Part shown: positions 49,730 through 58,252 of the stretch, one piece after another
How positions within the stretch are numbered: the first letter of the stretch is position 1
Layout: every line of letters begins with the position of its first letter
DNA from: a virus
Length of the DNA: 64,000 bases
Direction: 5' to 3' (one strand)
Virus record (IMG/VR): IMGVR_UViG_3300001530_000094
Notes under the pieces: generated by a model
What the model was told of the DNA's origin: nothing
Databases searched by the model: none
What the model saw: the letters and a program-made list of their open reading frames with translations, nothing else
Program-made: the position numbers and the translations under genes

Positions 49730-50830
49730 ATGAGTTCTAATTTGATAGCAGATTTAACTCAGGTTAACCTGATAAAGCAAAATATAAAGAATGCAATAAT
49801 TAATAAGGGGCAGACAGTAACTAACTTTCTAAGTTATCCTGGTGCTATAGAAAATATACAGAGTGGTGGTAGTGGAGAAGGAGATATTGCACTTTATAAA
49901 AATATTTCAGAGATGCAAGCCAGCACTGCTAATGAAGGAGACTTAGCTCTAGTATATAGCACGAATAATTTACAAGCTTTATGGCAGTATACAAACAATA
50001 GTTGGGAATTAGCTACAACTGGATTAACTGCTAATAGAGAATATGTAAATTCAGCTAAATTTTGGGGAGCTAATGGAGTAGAAACTGGTGTGCTACAAGT
50101 AAACAATAATCTAACTACAGAACAAGTAAAAATAAAAGCTCAAATATATAATGATTTAAGCTATTTAGAGTTAGACCCTAATATTAATTCTCTGCAAGGA
50201 GTATATTATAATAAAATGAATAGGAGGTCACAAGGATATAAAGGTGAGACTCTTCCATTTATTAATTGTCCTTATGTAACTAACATGAGTCAATTTATGT
50301 ATCAATCTCATCTTAAATCTTTATCAGGATTTAATTCAATTAATGTAACTAATATGAGAGAATTATTTGCTTATTCAACTAATTTGAAAAATGTACCGCT
50401 TTTTGATACATCTAACTGTGTAGATATGCAAAGTATGTTTGTAGGATGTTCTGTATTATGTGATGTTCCTAATTTTAATACTATAAATTGTACTAATACT
50501 GTTGGTATGTTTGAGTCTTGCTATAATTTAACAGAAGCTCCAGAACTAGATTTATCAAATGTACTAAATGTAAATTATATGTTTCAAAGTTGTAATCATT
50601 TAATTAATATACCTATGTTTAATATATATAAGGCTACAAATGCTCATCAAATGTTTTATTATTGTAATAATTTATCAAATGAGGCTTATGCTAATATAGC
50701 TAATTCTCTTCCTAATATTACGAATTTATCTAATCATTATATATCAAATTTAGGTTTAAATATTAATAAATTCACAAATGAACAAATAAATATATTAAAT
50801 GTAAAAGGTTATGTAGATGCTATAATCTAA
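49730..50830 (+). CDS. DUF285/BspA-like leucine-rich tail protein
   Basis: N-term SSNLIADLTQVNLIKQNIKNAIINKGQTVTNFLSYPGAIENIQSGG; LRR repeats. Confidence 0.85.
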   Translation: MSSNLIADLTQVNLIKQNIKNAIINKGQTVTNFLSYPGAIENIQSGGSGEGDIALYKNISEMQASTANEGDLALVYSTNNLQALWQYTNNSWELATTGLTANREYVNSAKFWGANGVETGVLQVNNNLTTEQVKIKAQIYNDLSYLELDPNINSLQGVYYNKMNRRSQGYKGETLPFINCPYVTNMSQFMYQSHLKSLSGFNSINVTNMRELFAYSTNLKNVPLFDTSNCVDMQSMFVGCSVLCDVPNFNTINCTNTVGMFESCYNLTEAPELDLSNVLNVNYMFQSCNHLINIPMFNIYKATNAHQMFYYCNNLSNEAYANIANSLPNITNLSNHYISNLGLNINKFTNEQINILNVKGYVDAII

Positions 50831-50892
50831 TTAAAAGATAAAATATTAATTATATTAAGAAAATAATTTAAGAAAGGAGAGAATCCTTAAAA

Positions 50893-52812
50893 ATGAGTAA
50901 TAATTTAATTTCAGATTTAACTCAGATTAATACTATAAAGACTGACATAAAGAATGCAATAGAAAATAAAGGGCAAACTGTAACTAACTTCAATTCTTAT
51001 TCTAGTGCTATAGAGAATATAGTAACTGGAGGCGGAGGAGTAAAACAATATGACTCTTTAGAAAATATGTATGCTGATATTTCTAATGCTCATAATGGAG
51101 ATTTGGCGACTGTATATGCTAGTTCTCAAGCTGGTATTACAGAGACTACAGAATTTCAAGTAGCAACTTTTCCACAGACAGTAGTATTAGATACAGTTGT
51201 ATCAGATTATGTTGAACTAAGATTTCAAGCAGTAGATGAAAGTATAATGTTTGATTGTATGGGTCAATTAGATAATGAATATTTTAGGATGGATTGTTAT
51301 ACAGATGATGAAAATATAAGAATAGAATACGAAAGTCAAGATGGATTAACTTATACTAGAACTAGATTTATGAAGAATGATGAAGATGTTTCTGGAAATG
51401 AAATGGATTTTGGAACATTAATAAAATTTGGCAATAGATGGGGAGAGTCAGAATTTAATCCAGTGATTAGTAAATTTATTATTTCAGGTTCAACTGTATT
51501 TGATGGGGTATTTCAATATAATGGAACTAATTTTAATTTATTATCTAATACAGGATTGAATGCTAATCCAGAAACTTTATGGGATGGTAAATTTTATGGA
51601 GCTAATGGAATACAGAATGGAACTTTAAGTCAAGCTACTAATCTAAATTTACAACAACTAAAAGATAGAGTTAATTTATATAGTAATATAAGTAATTTAG
51701 CTTTAGATGAGAATATAAATAACGCATCATTTTTATTTCAATATAAATATAATATTACGAATGTACCTAATATAAATACTTCTAATGTAACTGATATGAG
51801 GAGTATGTTCGAATATTGTAACAATTTAACTACAGTACCTAATTTTAATACTTCTAATGTTACTACTATGGAATCTTTATTTTATGGATGTTCAAACTTA
51901 ATTAGCGTACCTAATTTTAATACTTCTAACGTTACTAGTATGTATGGAACATTTTATGGATGTAATAATTTAACTAGCATACCTAATTTCAATACTTCTA
52001 AAGTTACTCTTATGACTCAAATGTTCTATGGTTGTAACAATTTAGTTGCTATACCTAACTTAGATTTTTCTAGTGTCAATAAATTATGGGAATCATTTTA
52101 TTACTGTGCTAATTTAACAAGTATACCAGAATCATTAGAAATGGCTAATAATATTACTGAAGTATTTTCTGCTTTCGGAAGTTGTCACTCTATTACAAGT
52201 ATACCTAATATAAATTTGTCTTTAGTATCTAACATTGAGAAATTATTTATATATTGTAGTAATTTAGTTAATATTCCTAATATAAATTTTTCTAATGTGA
52301 AAAAAGCAAGTCAAGCCTTTGCTGGTTGTAGTAATTTAACAAATCTTTCAAACGTAGATTTTTCAAATGTTGTTAATTCAGAAAGCATGTTCTCTGCTTG
52401 CACTAACCTAGTAGACATATCAGCCTTAAGCTTTAACTCTCTTGTAAATGCTATGTATATGTTCTCTGGATGTGATAATCTAACAAATCTACCTAGTATT
52501 GACTTAAAAGGTGTAAAAAATGCCTCTGGTATATTCTTTGGATGTACTAACTTAGTAAATATACCTATATTAAATATGAATAATGTGACAGATGCAACTA
52601 ATATGTTTTATAATTGCAATAGTTTATCACCGAGTACTTATTCTAATATTGCTAATATGTTACCTAATGCAAATCAATTTGACCCATATAATCGTTTATT
52701 GTCATATATGGGATTAAATGTGCAGAATTTTTCATCTTCTGATAACTCTATTTTAAAAAATAAAGGTTATCTTGAATACCAGCCTAATTATTATACTATA
52801 CAATATACATAG
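50893..52812 (+). CDS. DUF285/BspA-like leucine-rich tail protein (longest repeat array)
   Basis: same N-terminal adaptor as 49730; more than ten NTSNVTxMxxxFxGCxNLxxIPNF units. Confidence 0.88.
   Translation: MSNNLISDLTQINTIKTDIKNAIENKGQTVTNFNSYSSAIENIVTGGGGVKQYDSLENMYADISNAHNGDLATVYASSQAGITETTEFQVATFPQTVVLDTVVSDYVELRFQAVDESIMFDCMGQLDNEYFRMDCYTDDENIRIEYESQDGLTYTRTRFMKNDEDVSGNEMDFGTLIKFGNRWGESEFNPVISKFIISGSTVFDGVFQYNGTNFNLLSNTGLNANPETLWDGKFYGANGIQNGTLSQATNLNLQQLKDRVNLYSNISNLALDENINNASFLFQYKYNITNVPNINTSNVTDMRSMFEYCNNLTTVPNFNTSNVTTMESLFYGCSNLISVPNFNTSNVTSMYGTFYGCNNLTSIPNFNTSKVTLMTQMFYGCNNLVAIPNLDFSSVNKLWESFYYCANLTSIPESLEMANNITEVFSAFGSCHSITSIPNINLSLVSNIEKLFIYCSNLVNIPNINFSNVKKASQAFAGCSNLTNLSNVDFSNVVNSESMFSACTNLVDISALSFNSLVNAMYMFSGCDNLTNLPSIDLKGVKNASGIFFGCTNLVNIPILNMNNVTDATNMFYNCNSLSPSTYSNIANMLPNANQFDPYNRLLSYMGLNVQNFSSSDNSILKNKGYLEYQPNYYTIQYT
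51842..52060 (+). repeat. tandem 72-bp coding repeat (about 3 units)
   Basis: cctaattttaatacttctaaYgttactN... unit recurring every 72 nt. Confidence 0.75.
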
Positions 52813-52825
52813 AGGAGGTTATGTT

Positions 52826-53464
52826 ATGGCTACTATTACAGTAAATAAAGGACCAGATTATGATGTTGGAGCTTATAATTTACGTACTAATATAAATAAA
52901 TTAAATACTTATAAAAATATCACTATAAAGGATGAAAGTAATGTAGGAGTAGTTGCAAGTTTAGATTCTCTTTTTGAAAATATGGTTAATGTAGTTAATA
53001 TAAATATACAAATGAATACTTCTACAGTGAGCGGCTGTTGGTGTATGTGTTATAACTGTACGAACTTAAAAAGTATTTCCAATTTTAATACTTCTAATGT
53101 AACTAGCGTAAGTGGAATGTTCAGTAATTGTGTAAAATTAGTGAGTGTACCAAACTTTGATTTTAGGAAGGCCACAGATTTTGACTGCTTTAGAGGTTGT
53201 AGAAATCTTAGAGATTTACCTCAATTTAATTTACCTAATTTATATAGTAATGGGTTAATACAAGCTTTTGCTAATTGTAATAATCTATCAAATGCCAGCG
53301 TACAAAATATAATAAATATATGTTTGAATATGACTAATGTTTCATCTGGGTATATGAATTTAAACACTTTTAATTGGAATAGTCCTTTTTGTTACACAAA
53401 TATAGTAAATACACGTTATCAGAATCGTTGGGCAGAATTAAATGCTAAAGGATGGACATACTAA
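52826..53464 (+). CDS. short DUF285/BspA-like leucine-rich tail protein
   Basis: RBS gaggagg before ATG 52826; NTSNVTSVSGMFSNCVKLVSVPNF; shared C-terminus RYQNRWAELNAKGWTY. Confidence 0.8.
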   Translation: MATITVNKGPDYDVGAYNLRTNINKLNTYKNITIKDESNVGVVASLDSLFENMVNVVNINIQMNTSTVSGCWCMCYNCTNLKSISNFNTSNVTSVSGMFSNCVKLVSVPNFDFRKATDFDCFRGCRNLRDLPQFNLPNLYSNGLIQAFANCNNLSNASVQNIINICLNMTNVSSGYMNLNTFNWNSPFCYTNIVNTRYQNRWAELNAKGWTY

Positions 53465-53524
53465 AATAATTTAAGAAGTTATAAATTATAATAAGGGAAT
53501 AAATAAGAAAGGAAGTAAAAAGAA

Positions 53525-54571
53525 ATGATTGATGTAATTATACCTGCTTATAATAGTCAAGATACAATAATTAGAACTCTTGCTAGTATAGCAATGCAAT
53601 TAAATAGAAATGAATTAAAAGTAACAATAGTAAATGACGGAGGAAAAGACTATAAAGATATAGTAAATACTTTTTCACCTATCATAGATATAAAAGAAAT
53701 AGGATATGAAATAAACAGAGGACCAGGATATGCAAGACAATATGGTATTGATAATACCAAAGAAGATTTTATAACATTTATAGATGCAGATGATACTTTT
53801 TATGAGGCTTGTTCTCTTAGTATGTTAGCTAAGCCTCTTAAAGATACTTCAGCTAAATTCATAATAAGTCCATTTATTCAAATAGGGAAAGAAGTAGGGC
53901 AACAAGCTCCTATGCAAGCAAATTTAGTATGGGTTTTCGGACACATGTATAGAAGAAGTTTCTTACAAGAACACAACATTAGATTTACAAGTACTCGTTC
54001 TAATGAAGATGTTGGATTTAACAACATGTGTAATCTTATTGCTCAACATGATATGGGAGCAGAAGGTGGAAAAATATTAAATGTTCCAACTTATGAATGG
54101 CATTATAATGAAGTATCTATTACTAGAAGAGGTAAAGATGAATATGAGTATGGTATTTGTACTCCAGGGTATATCTTTAATCTACATCATGCTTACGATG
54201 TAGCTCAAAGAGAAGGAGTTCCTCTTAAAAATATAGCTCCAGCTGCATTAGAAACAGCATTCAGTTGTTTTATCTATTACAACGTAGCTTTAGCTAAAGA
54301 AGTTCCACCTGAAACTCTAGCAGCTATAGAAGAATTAAGTAGAAAGTTCTATTATGATTATTATAAACAAATACAACAATATATATCTAAAGATGATTAT
54401 AAACTAATGTATACTAATTCTATGAATAGTAAAGGTACACATTTACAAGGAATAATTTTTAAACAAACACTAGACCAGTTTATAGAATTAATGTTTAGTA
54501 AAGAACCAGACACAGTAACTTACAAAGAATTAGAAGATAAAGTACAAGGAATAGCAGAACAATTAAAATAA
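53525..54571 (+). CDS. family 2 glycosyltransferase
   Basis: DVIIPAYNSQDTIIRTLASI...NRGPGYARQYGI...FITFIDADDTF. Confidence 0.9.
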   Translation: MIDVIIPAYNSQDTIIRTLASIAMQLNRNELKVTIVNDGGKDYKDIVNTFSPIIDIKEIGYEINRGPGYARQYGIDNTKEDFITFIDADDTFYEACSLSMLAKPLKDTSAKFIISPFIQIGKEVGQQAPMQANLVWVFGHMYRRSFLQEHNIRFTSTRSNEDVGFNNMCNLIAQHDMGAEGGKILNVPTYEWHYNEVSITRRGKDEYEYGICTPGYIFNLHHAYDVAQREGVPLKNIAPAALETAFSCFIYYNVALAKEVPPETLAAIEELSRKFYYDYYKQIQQYISKDDYKLMYTNSMNSKGTHLQGIIFKQTLDQFIELMFSKEPDTVTYKELEDKVQGIAEQLK

Positions 54572-54600
54572 TACAAACTTCGAAAGGAGAAAAAGAAAAT

Positions 54601-55851
54601 ATGAAGATTTTACCTAGAAGAATTTCAAAGATGACTACTATTTCTACATCTCCAGGTGTAAACTATGGACTACATATAGATGCTGTAGATAAAGACAAAA
54701 GCATTATGATACTAGGTAAGAAACTAAATGAGAATGTAGATGAGACTATACTAAAAGACTTAGTAGATAAGTATGCTTATGCTTCAGCACTATTATATTT
54801 TGCTGAGAATTTTAAAATCATAGACAATATAAACAAAAATGATTTACTAGAAGATATAAACGTATTATTGCATAGTAGATGTAGAGTAGTAAAAGAAAAA
54901 GCTCCAGAGTTGGTTAAAATAGGAGAATATCCTCTTTATGAAGGAACTAATTATATACTTCGCGGAGATGGAGAAAATAAGATAAGAGAGTGTTTTAATC
55001 TTAAGGAAGATATAGAAATGGGAGATATTTCTATGGACTATTTGAATAATGCAGAGGTAGATGAAGTAATTAAGAATTTTGTAGTGTGTCCTCATTGTAA
55101 AAATGTATATGAAGAAAGTGCTATAAAAATAGATTATCCAGATATTCCGGATGATTACACTGGCCCAGTAGATGATGAACCTTTAGGGTATGAATGTCCT
55201 TATTGTGGATTTCATTCAGTTAATGAAGAAAGTTTCTCGGATGCTTGGTTAGATGATTTAAAAGATGCTCCTAACATTGGAGAATACTTAGATATTCCTA
55301 TCAATGAAGATGCAGGAACTCAAGCTTCAGACATAGCTGCTAAAGTGGACTACACTTTTCAATCAGCTCCTACTCCAGCTAATCCTGGAAAAAAGAAAAA
55401 GTTTGAAGCTGTAGAAATAAAAGAATTAGATGAAAGTACTCACTTAAATCTAACTGGTTTTATAAAAGATGTAAACGGACTTTATAGAAGAGGAAATTAT
55501 GTAGTAGTCAAAGAATCAGATACTAATAAAATAACTGTAGTTCATCAGTCTAGACTTAATGAAGAAATAGAAGATGTAAAAGAAGAACCAATTACTTCAG
55601 AATCTATAGCTAAAGAACTTGAAGATAAATTAAATCAAGTATATAAAGACAGATTTAAAATAAAAACTACACCTATAGATGAAGCTTATGCTTTAGTAAT
55701 AACTGATAATAACAAAAATAATGCTAATGATTTAGTAGAAGTTACAGACACTGTAAATTCAGCTCTAGAGTCTTTAAATTATTCTAAAAAAGATTATGAA
55801 ATAAACTATAAAAGAAACAATCTAGTAGTAATTATCTACAAAACTAAATAA
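54601..55851 (+). CDS. hypothetical protein with two CxxC zinc motifs
   Basis: CPHCKN...CPYCGFH. Confidence 0.65.
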   Translation: MKILPRRISKMTTISTSPGVNYGLHIDAVDKDKSIMILGKKLNENVDETILKDLVDKYAYASALLYFAENFKIIDNINKNDLLEDINVLLHSRCRVVKEKAPELVKIGEYPLYEGTNYILRGDGENKIRECFNLKEDIEMGDISMDYLNNAEVDEVIKNFVVCPHCKNVYEESAIKIDYPDIPDDYTGPVDDEPLGYECPYCGFHSVNEESFSDAWLDDLKDAPNIGEYLDIPINEDAGTQASDIAAKVDYTFQSAPTPANPGKKKKFEAVEIKELDESTHLNLTGFIKDVNGLYRRGNYVVVKESDTNKITVVHQSRLNEEIEDVKEEPITSESIAKELEDKLNQVYKDRFKIKTTPIDEAYALVITDNNKNNANDLVEVTDTVNSALESLNYSKKDYEINYKRNNLVVIIYKTK

Positions 55852-55857
55852 TTGTAA

Positions 55858-55893
55858 ATAGTATGAGTTTTCCTTCTTTCTCATACTATTTTT
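55858..55893 (+). terminator. intrinsic terminator
   Basis: AATAGTATGAG...CTCATACTATTTTT. Confidence 0.85.
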
Positions 55894-56180
55894 ATGTCTT
55901 ATAATTTAATCTCAATTTTAATTTTTATAAATTTTGTTTAATCTCATTTTTAAATCATAATATCACATTTTTAATTTCATGTTTAATCTCAATAATTTTT
56001 GAAATGGGTAAATTTACTCTCACTAAATCTCAGACTAATTTTATAAAACTCATCTTAAAACTATCTTAAATTTACAAACCACCTTAGTAATATTGGAGAT
56101 TTAAGTGCTTCTGAATTGAATATTTTCATGAAAATATTCTGTGGTAACATTTATTAATTCGAGTTTAATTAAGAAATCAA

Positions 56181-56212
56181 GTTTTAGAGCTATACGCGCG
56201 CACGCGCGAGAA
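56181..56212 (+). other. GTTTTAGAGCTAT (type II-A CRISPR repeat-like 5' end) followed by CGCGCGCACGCGCG hairpin
   Basis: gttttagagctatacgcgcgcacgcgcgagaa in a ~400-bp non-coding gap. Confidence 0.4.
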
Positions 56213-56254
56213 TAAATAGAAGTTCATGCATAAGATTTATAAAGAGGTGAAGTT

Positions 56255-56838
56255 ATGTTAGAAATAGAATTAAATCAATTTTCAGATAGAAAGAAACTTT
56301 ATAAAAACACAGATTTAAAAATAAATGAAGGAATAACAGTGCTTATAGGACCGAACCGGATGTGGTAAAACTTATGCTTGTCATCAAATAAAAGAAAAAT
56401 ATCCTCACACTTATCTTATAGATATAGTAGATGAAACTAAACTAAATTACTCTAATTTTAGGGATGATAAAGATATAGGTAGATGGATGTTAGCTTCAGA
56501 GCGGACAAAGAGTTTATGATAATTTAGAACATCTAGCCATTAATGTAGGTCAATACATTAGAAATTGTAAAAATAAAAATCAAGACCCTATTCTTATAAT
56601 AGATGGAGTAGATTCAGGAGTATCTATAAATCTAATACACAACATAAGAGGTTTCTTAAATCTAATAGCTAAAGATTGTGTAGATAGTAACTTAATAGCA
56701 CATGTTATAGTAACAGCTAACAACTATGAGTTAGTAGTAGATTATGAATCTATATGGATTCCTACACTAGAAAGATTTAATTTTTCATCATATAACTTCG
56801 AAGATTATTATAACTTTAGAGATTTATATTTTGATTAA
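56255..56838 (+). CDS. ABC/SMC-like P-loop ATPase; requires two +1 shifts, at CGG 56357-56359 and CGG 56502-56504
   Basis: VLIGPN[G]CGKTYACHQIKEKY ... GRWMLASE[G]QRVYDNLEHLA ... DPILIIDGVDSGV; RBS agaggtg; (584-2)/3 is an integer. Confidence 0.85.
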
Positions 56839-56843
56839 AACTG

Positions 56844-56910
56844 CAAACACTAGAATGACTTCAGAGACATTTTTATATTAAAGATAAGATATTATATAGC
56901 TTAGCGCTAC
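56844..56910 (+). repeat. operon-end conserved element, copy 4
   Basis: aaacactagaatgacttcagagacatttttata ... cttagcgctac. Confidence 0.7.
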
Positions 56911-56960
56911 TAATATCTTATTTTATTTCTTAAAAACTTTAAGTATTTTTGTAAAAGCAG

Positions 56961-56989
56961 TTTACAAATTTGGAATAATGTGATACAAT
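56961..56989 (+). promoter_or_regulatory. sigma70-like promoter TTTACA-N17-TACAAT
   Basis: tttacaAATTTGGAATAATGTGAtacaat. Confidence 0.8.
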
Positions 56990-57035
56990 AGAATGGGGAG
57001 GGGAGAACTATGTACCCCTAAGAAAGGAGTGTAAA

Positions 57036-57278
57036 ATGATGGATAATATTTTAGTAAAAAGGAAAACTCCATTTGGAGATTATGAATTTGTTACACTAAG
57101 AAAACAATACGTAGAAGAAAAAGAAGTAAAAGGTTTTCCACCACATATTTCTTGGAGAGTTGATAACGGAAATAGTTGGCATTTTGAAAGCTCCGTTCAA
57201 TTTTTAAATCAACCATTCGAAGATTTCTTAGAAAAAGAAGGGATGGTATTAGTAGAGGAGGTGAAAGTTGATGGATAA
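57036..57278 (+). CDS. hypothetical early protein
   Basis: ORF with RBS gaaaggagtg. Confidence 0.65.
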   Translation: MMDNILVKRKTPFGDYEFVTLRKQYVEEKEVKGFPPHISWRVDNGNSWHFESSVQFLNQPFEDFLEKEGMVLVEEVKVDG

Positions 57279-57552
57279 GAAAGATGTATTAGATTTCTTA
57301 AACTTAAAAGTATTTGAACCAGCAATTAAATATAGTAAAGAAAATAATTTACCTGAAATTGCAAAAGGTGTAAGATTTACTAGAATGAGAATGGAACAAT
57401 TACCTGATGCTAGAGCAGTAGTTCAATACTTTTGGAGTGCAGTTATAGGAACAGACAAAAGTATTAAATTTTCAGATATGATGAAAGAACATAATATAGT
57501 AAGATTTGAAGATGTATTAGAAGAATTTAGAGAAAAATTTAAAGATATTTAG
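57268..57552 (+). CDS. hypothetical early protein
   Basis: ORF with RBS gaggaggtg. Confidence 0.65.
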   Translation: MMDKKDVLDFLNLKVFEPAIKYSKENNLPEIAKGVRFTRMRMEQLPDARAVVQYFWSAVIGTDKSIKFSDMMKEHNIVRFEDVLEEFREKFKDI

Positions 57553-57567
57553 AAAGGATTATTTAAG

Positions 57568-57795
57568 ATGGATGTAGATGAATTTAGAGTAGAGTTAACT
57601 CTATTATTTAAAGATGGAAGTGTTAGAGAAGTAGCTTTTGAAAGAGTAGAAAATTTACAAGTAGACTATGAGCATAACAAACTTAGCTTATTTGATTTAA
57701 CAGTAGGAATGTGGTATAACTATCACTTTAGAGAAAAAGGTGACGAAAAAGATGGTGTTGCTATAGGAATTAAAGATTTTAGAGTAATTTTATAG
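57568..57795 (+). CDS. hypothetical protein
   Basis: ORF with RBS. Confidence 0.6.
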   Translation: MDVDEFRVELTLLFKDGSVREVAFERVENLQVDYEHNKLSLFDLTVGMWYNYHFREKGDEKDGVAIGIKDFRVIL

Positions 57796-57798
57796 AGG

Positions 57799-58239
57799 AT
57801 GGTGAATAGTATGATTGTAAAGTATACTTTTAATGATAATGATTTCACTCAGATTATAGAAAGATACTTAGATGAGTTTGGACCTTTTGGAAGATGGGTC
57901 TCTGGAGGAAATGTAGATAGAATAACAGATTTAATGAAGATATATGATAAGCATAATGATAAATATGAAGAAGAAAAAGAATTATCTAAAGAGGCATTCT
58001 TAACTATAAAGAATGAACTTTTAAAAGAATTGTATCGCCATTTTATAGCATATATCAATAGTATACAAGAAAACAGTGAATGGGAGACAGAAGGATTTAA
58101 TGCAAGAGGTTTAGTGGATAATAGAGAATACATAATAGATAACATAAAGATTAGCTTAGTTAAAAACATTCCAGACCAATGGGAAAACGGAGAAGTAGTT
58201 TATTACGTAGCTAGTTCAATGAAATACATAACAATGTAG
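57799..58239 (+). CDS. hypothetical protein
   Basis: ORF, likely start ATG 57811. Confidence 0.6.
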   Translation: MVNSMIVKYTFNDNDFTQIIERYLDEFGPFGRWVSGGNVDRITDLMKIYDKHNDKYEEEKELSKEAFLTIKNELLKELYRHFIAYINSIQENSEWETEGFNARGLVDNREYIIDNIKISLVKNIPDQWENGEVVYYVASSMKYITM

Positions 58240-58252
58240 AAAGGAGAGTATT

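Noticed and set aside
56181-56193. Full tracrRNA or complete CRISPR repeat at this locus
   Set aside because: Only the 5' 13 nt match; no anti-repeat, nexus or terminal GTTTTGG-type half found nearby.
10366-56504. Explaining the 12 CGG frame breaks as ordinary sequencing/assembly indels
   Set aside because: All 12 are the same base (C) in the same phase before a Gly codon, none in homopolymers, and CGG in the other phases never disrupts a frame. Kept as an alternative that raw reads must exclude, especially if the DNA is hypermodified.
10366-56504. Classical P-site tRNA slippage (Ty1/prfB type)
   Set aside because: Preceding codons are all different and most (AGA, AAG, CAT, TCA, GAG) would not re-pair in +1; no upstream SD-like stimulator is shared.
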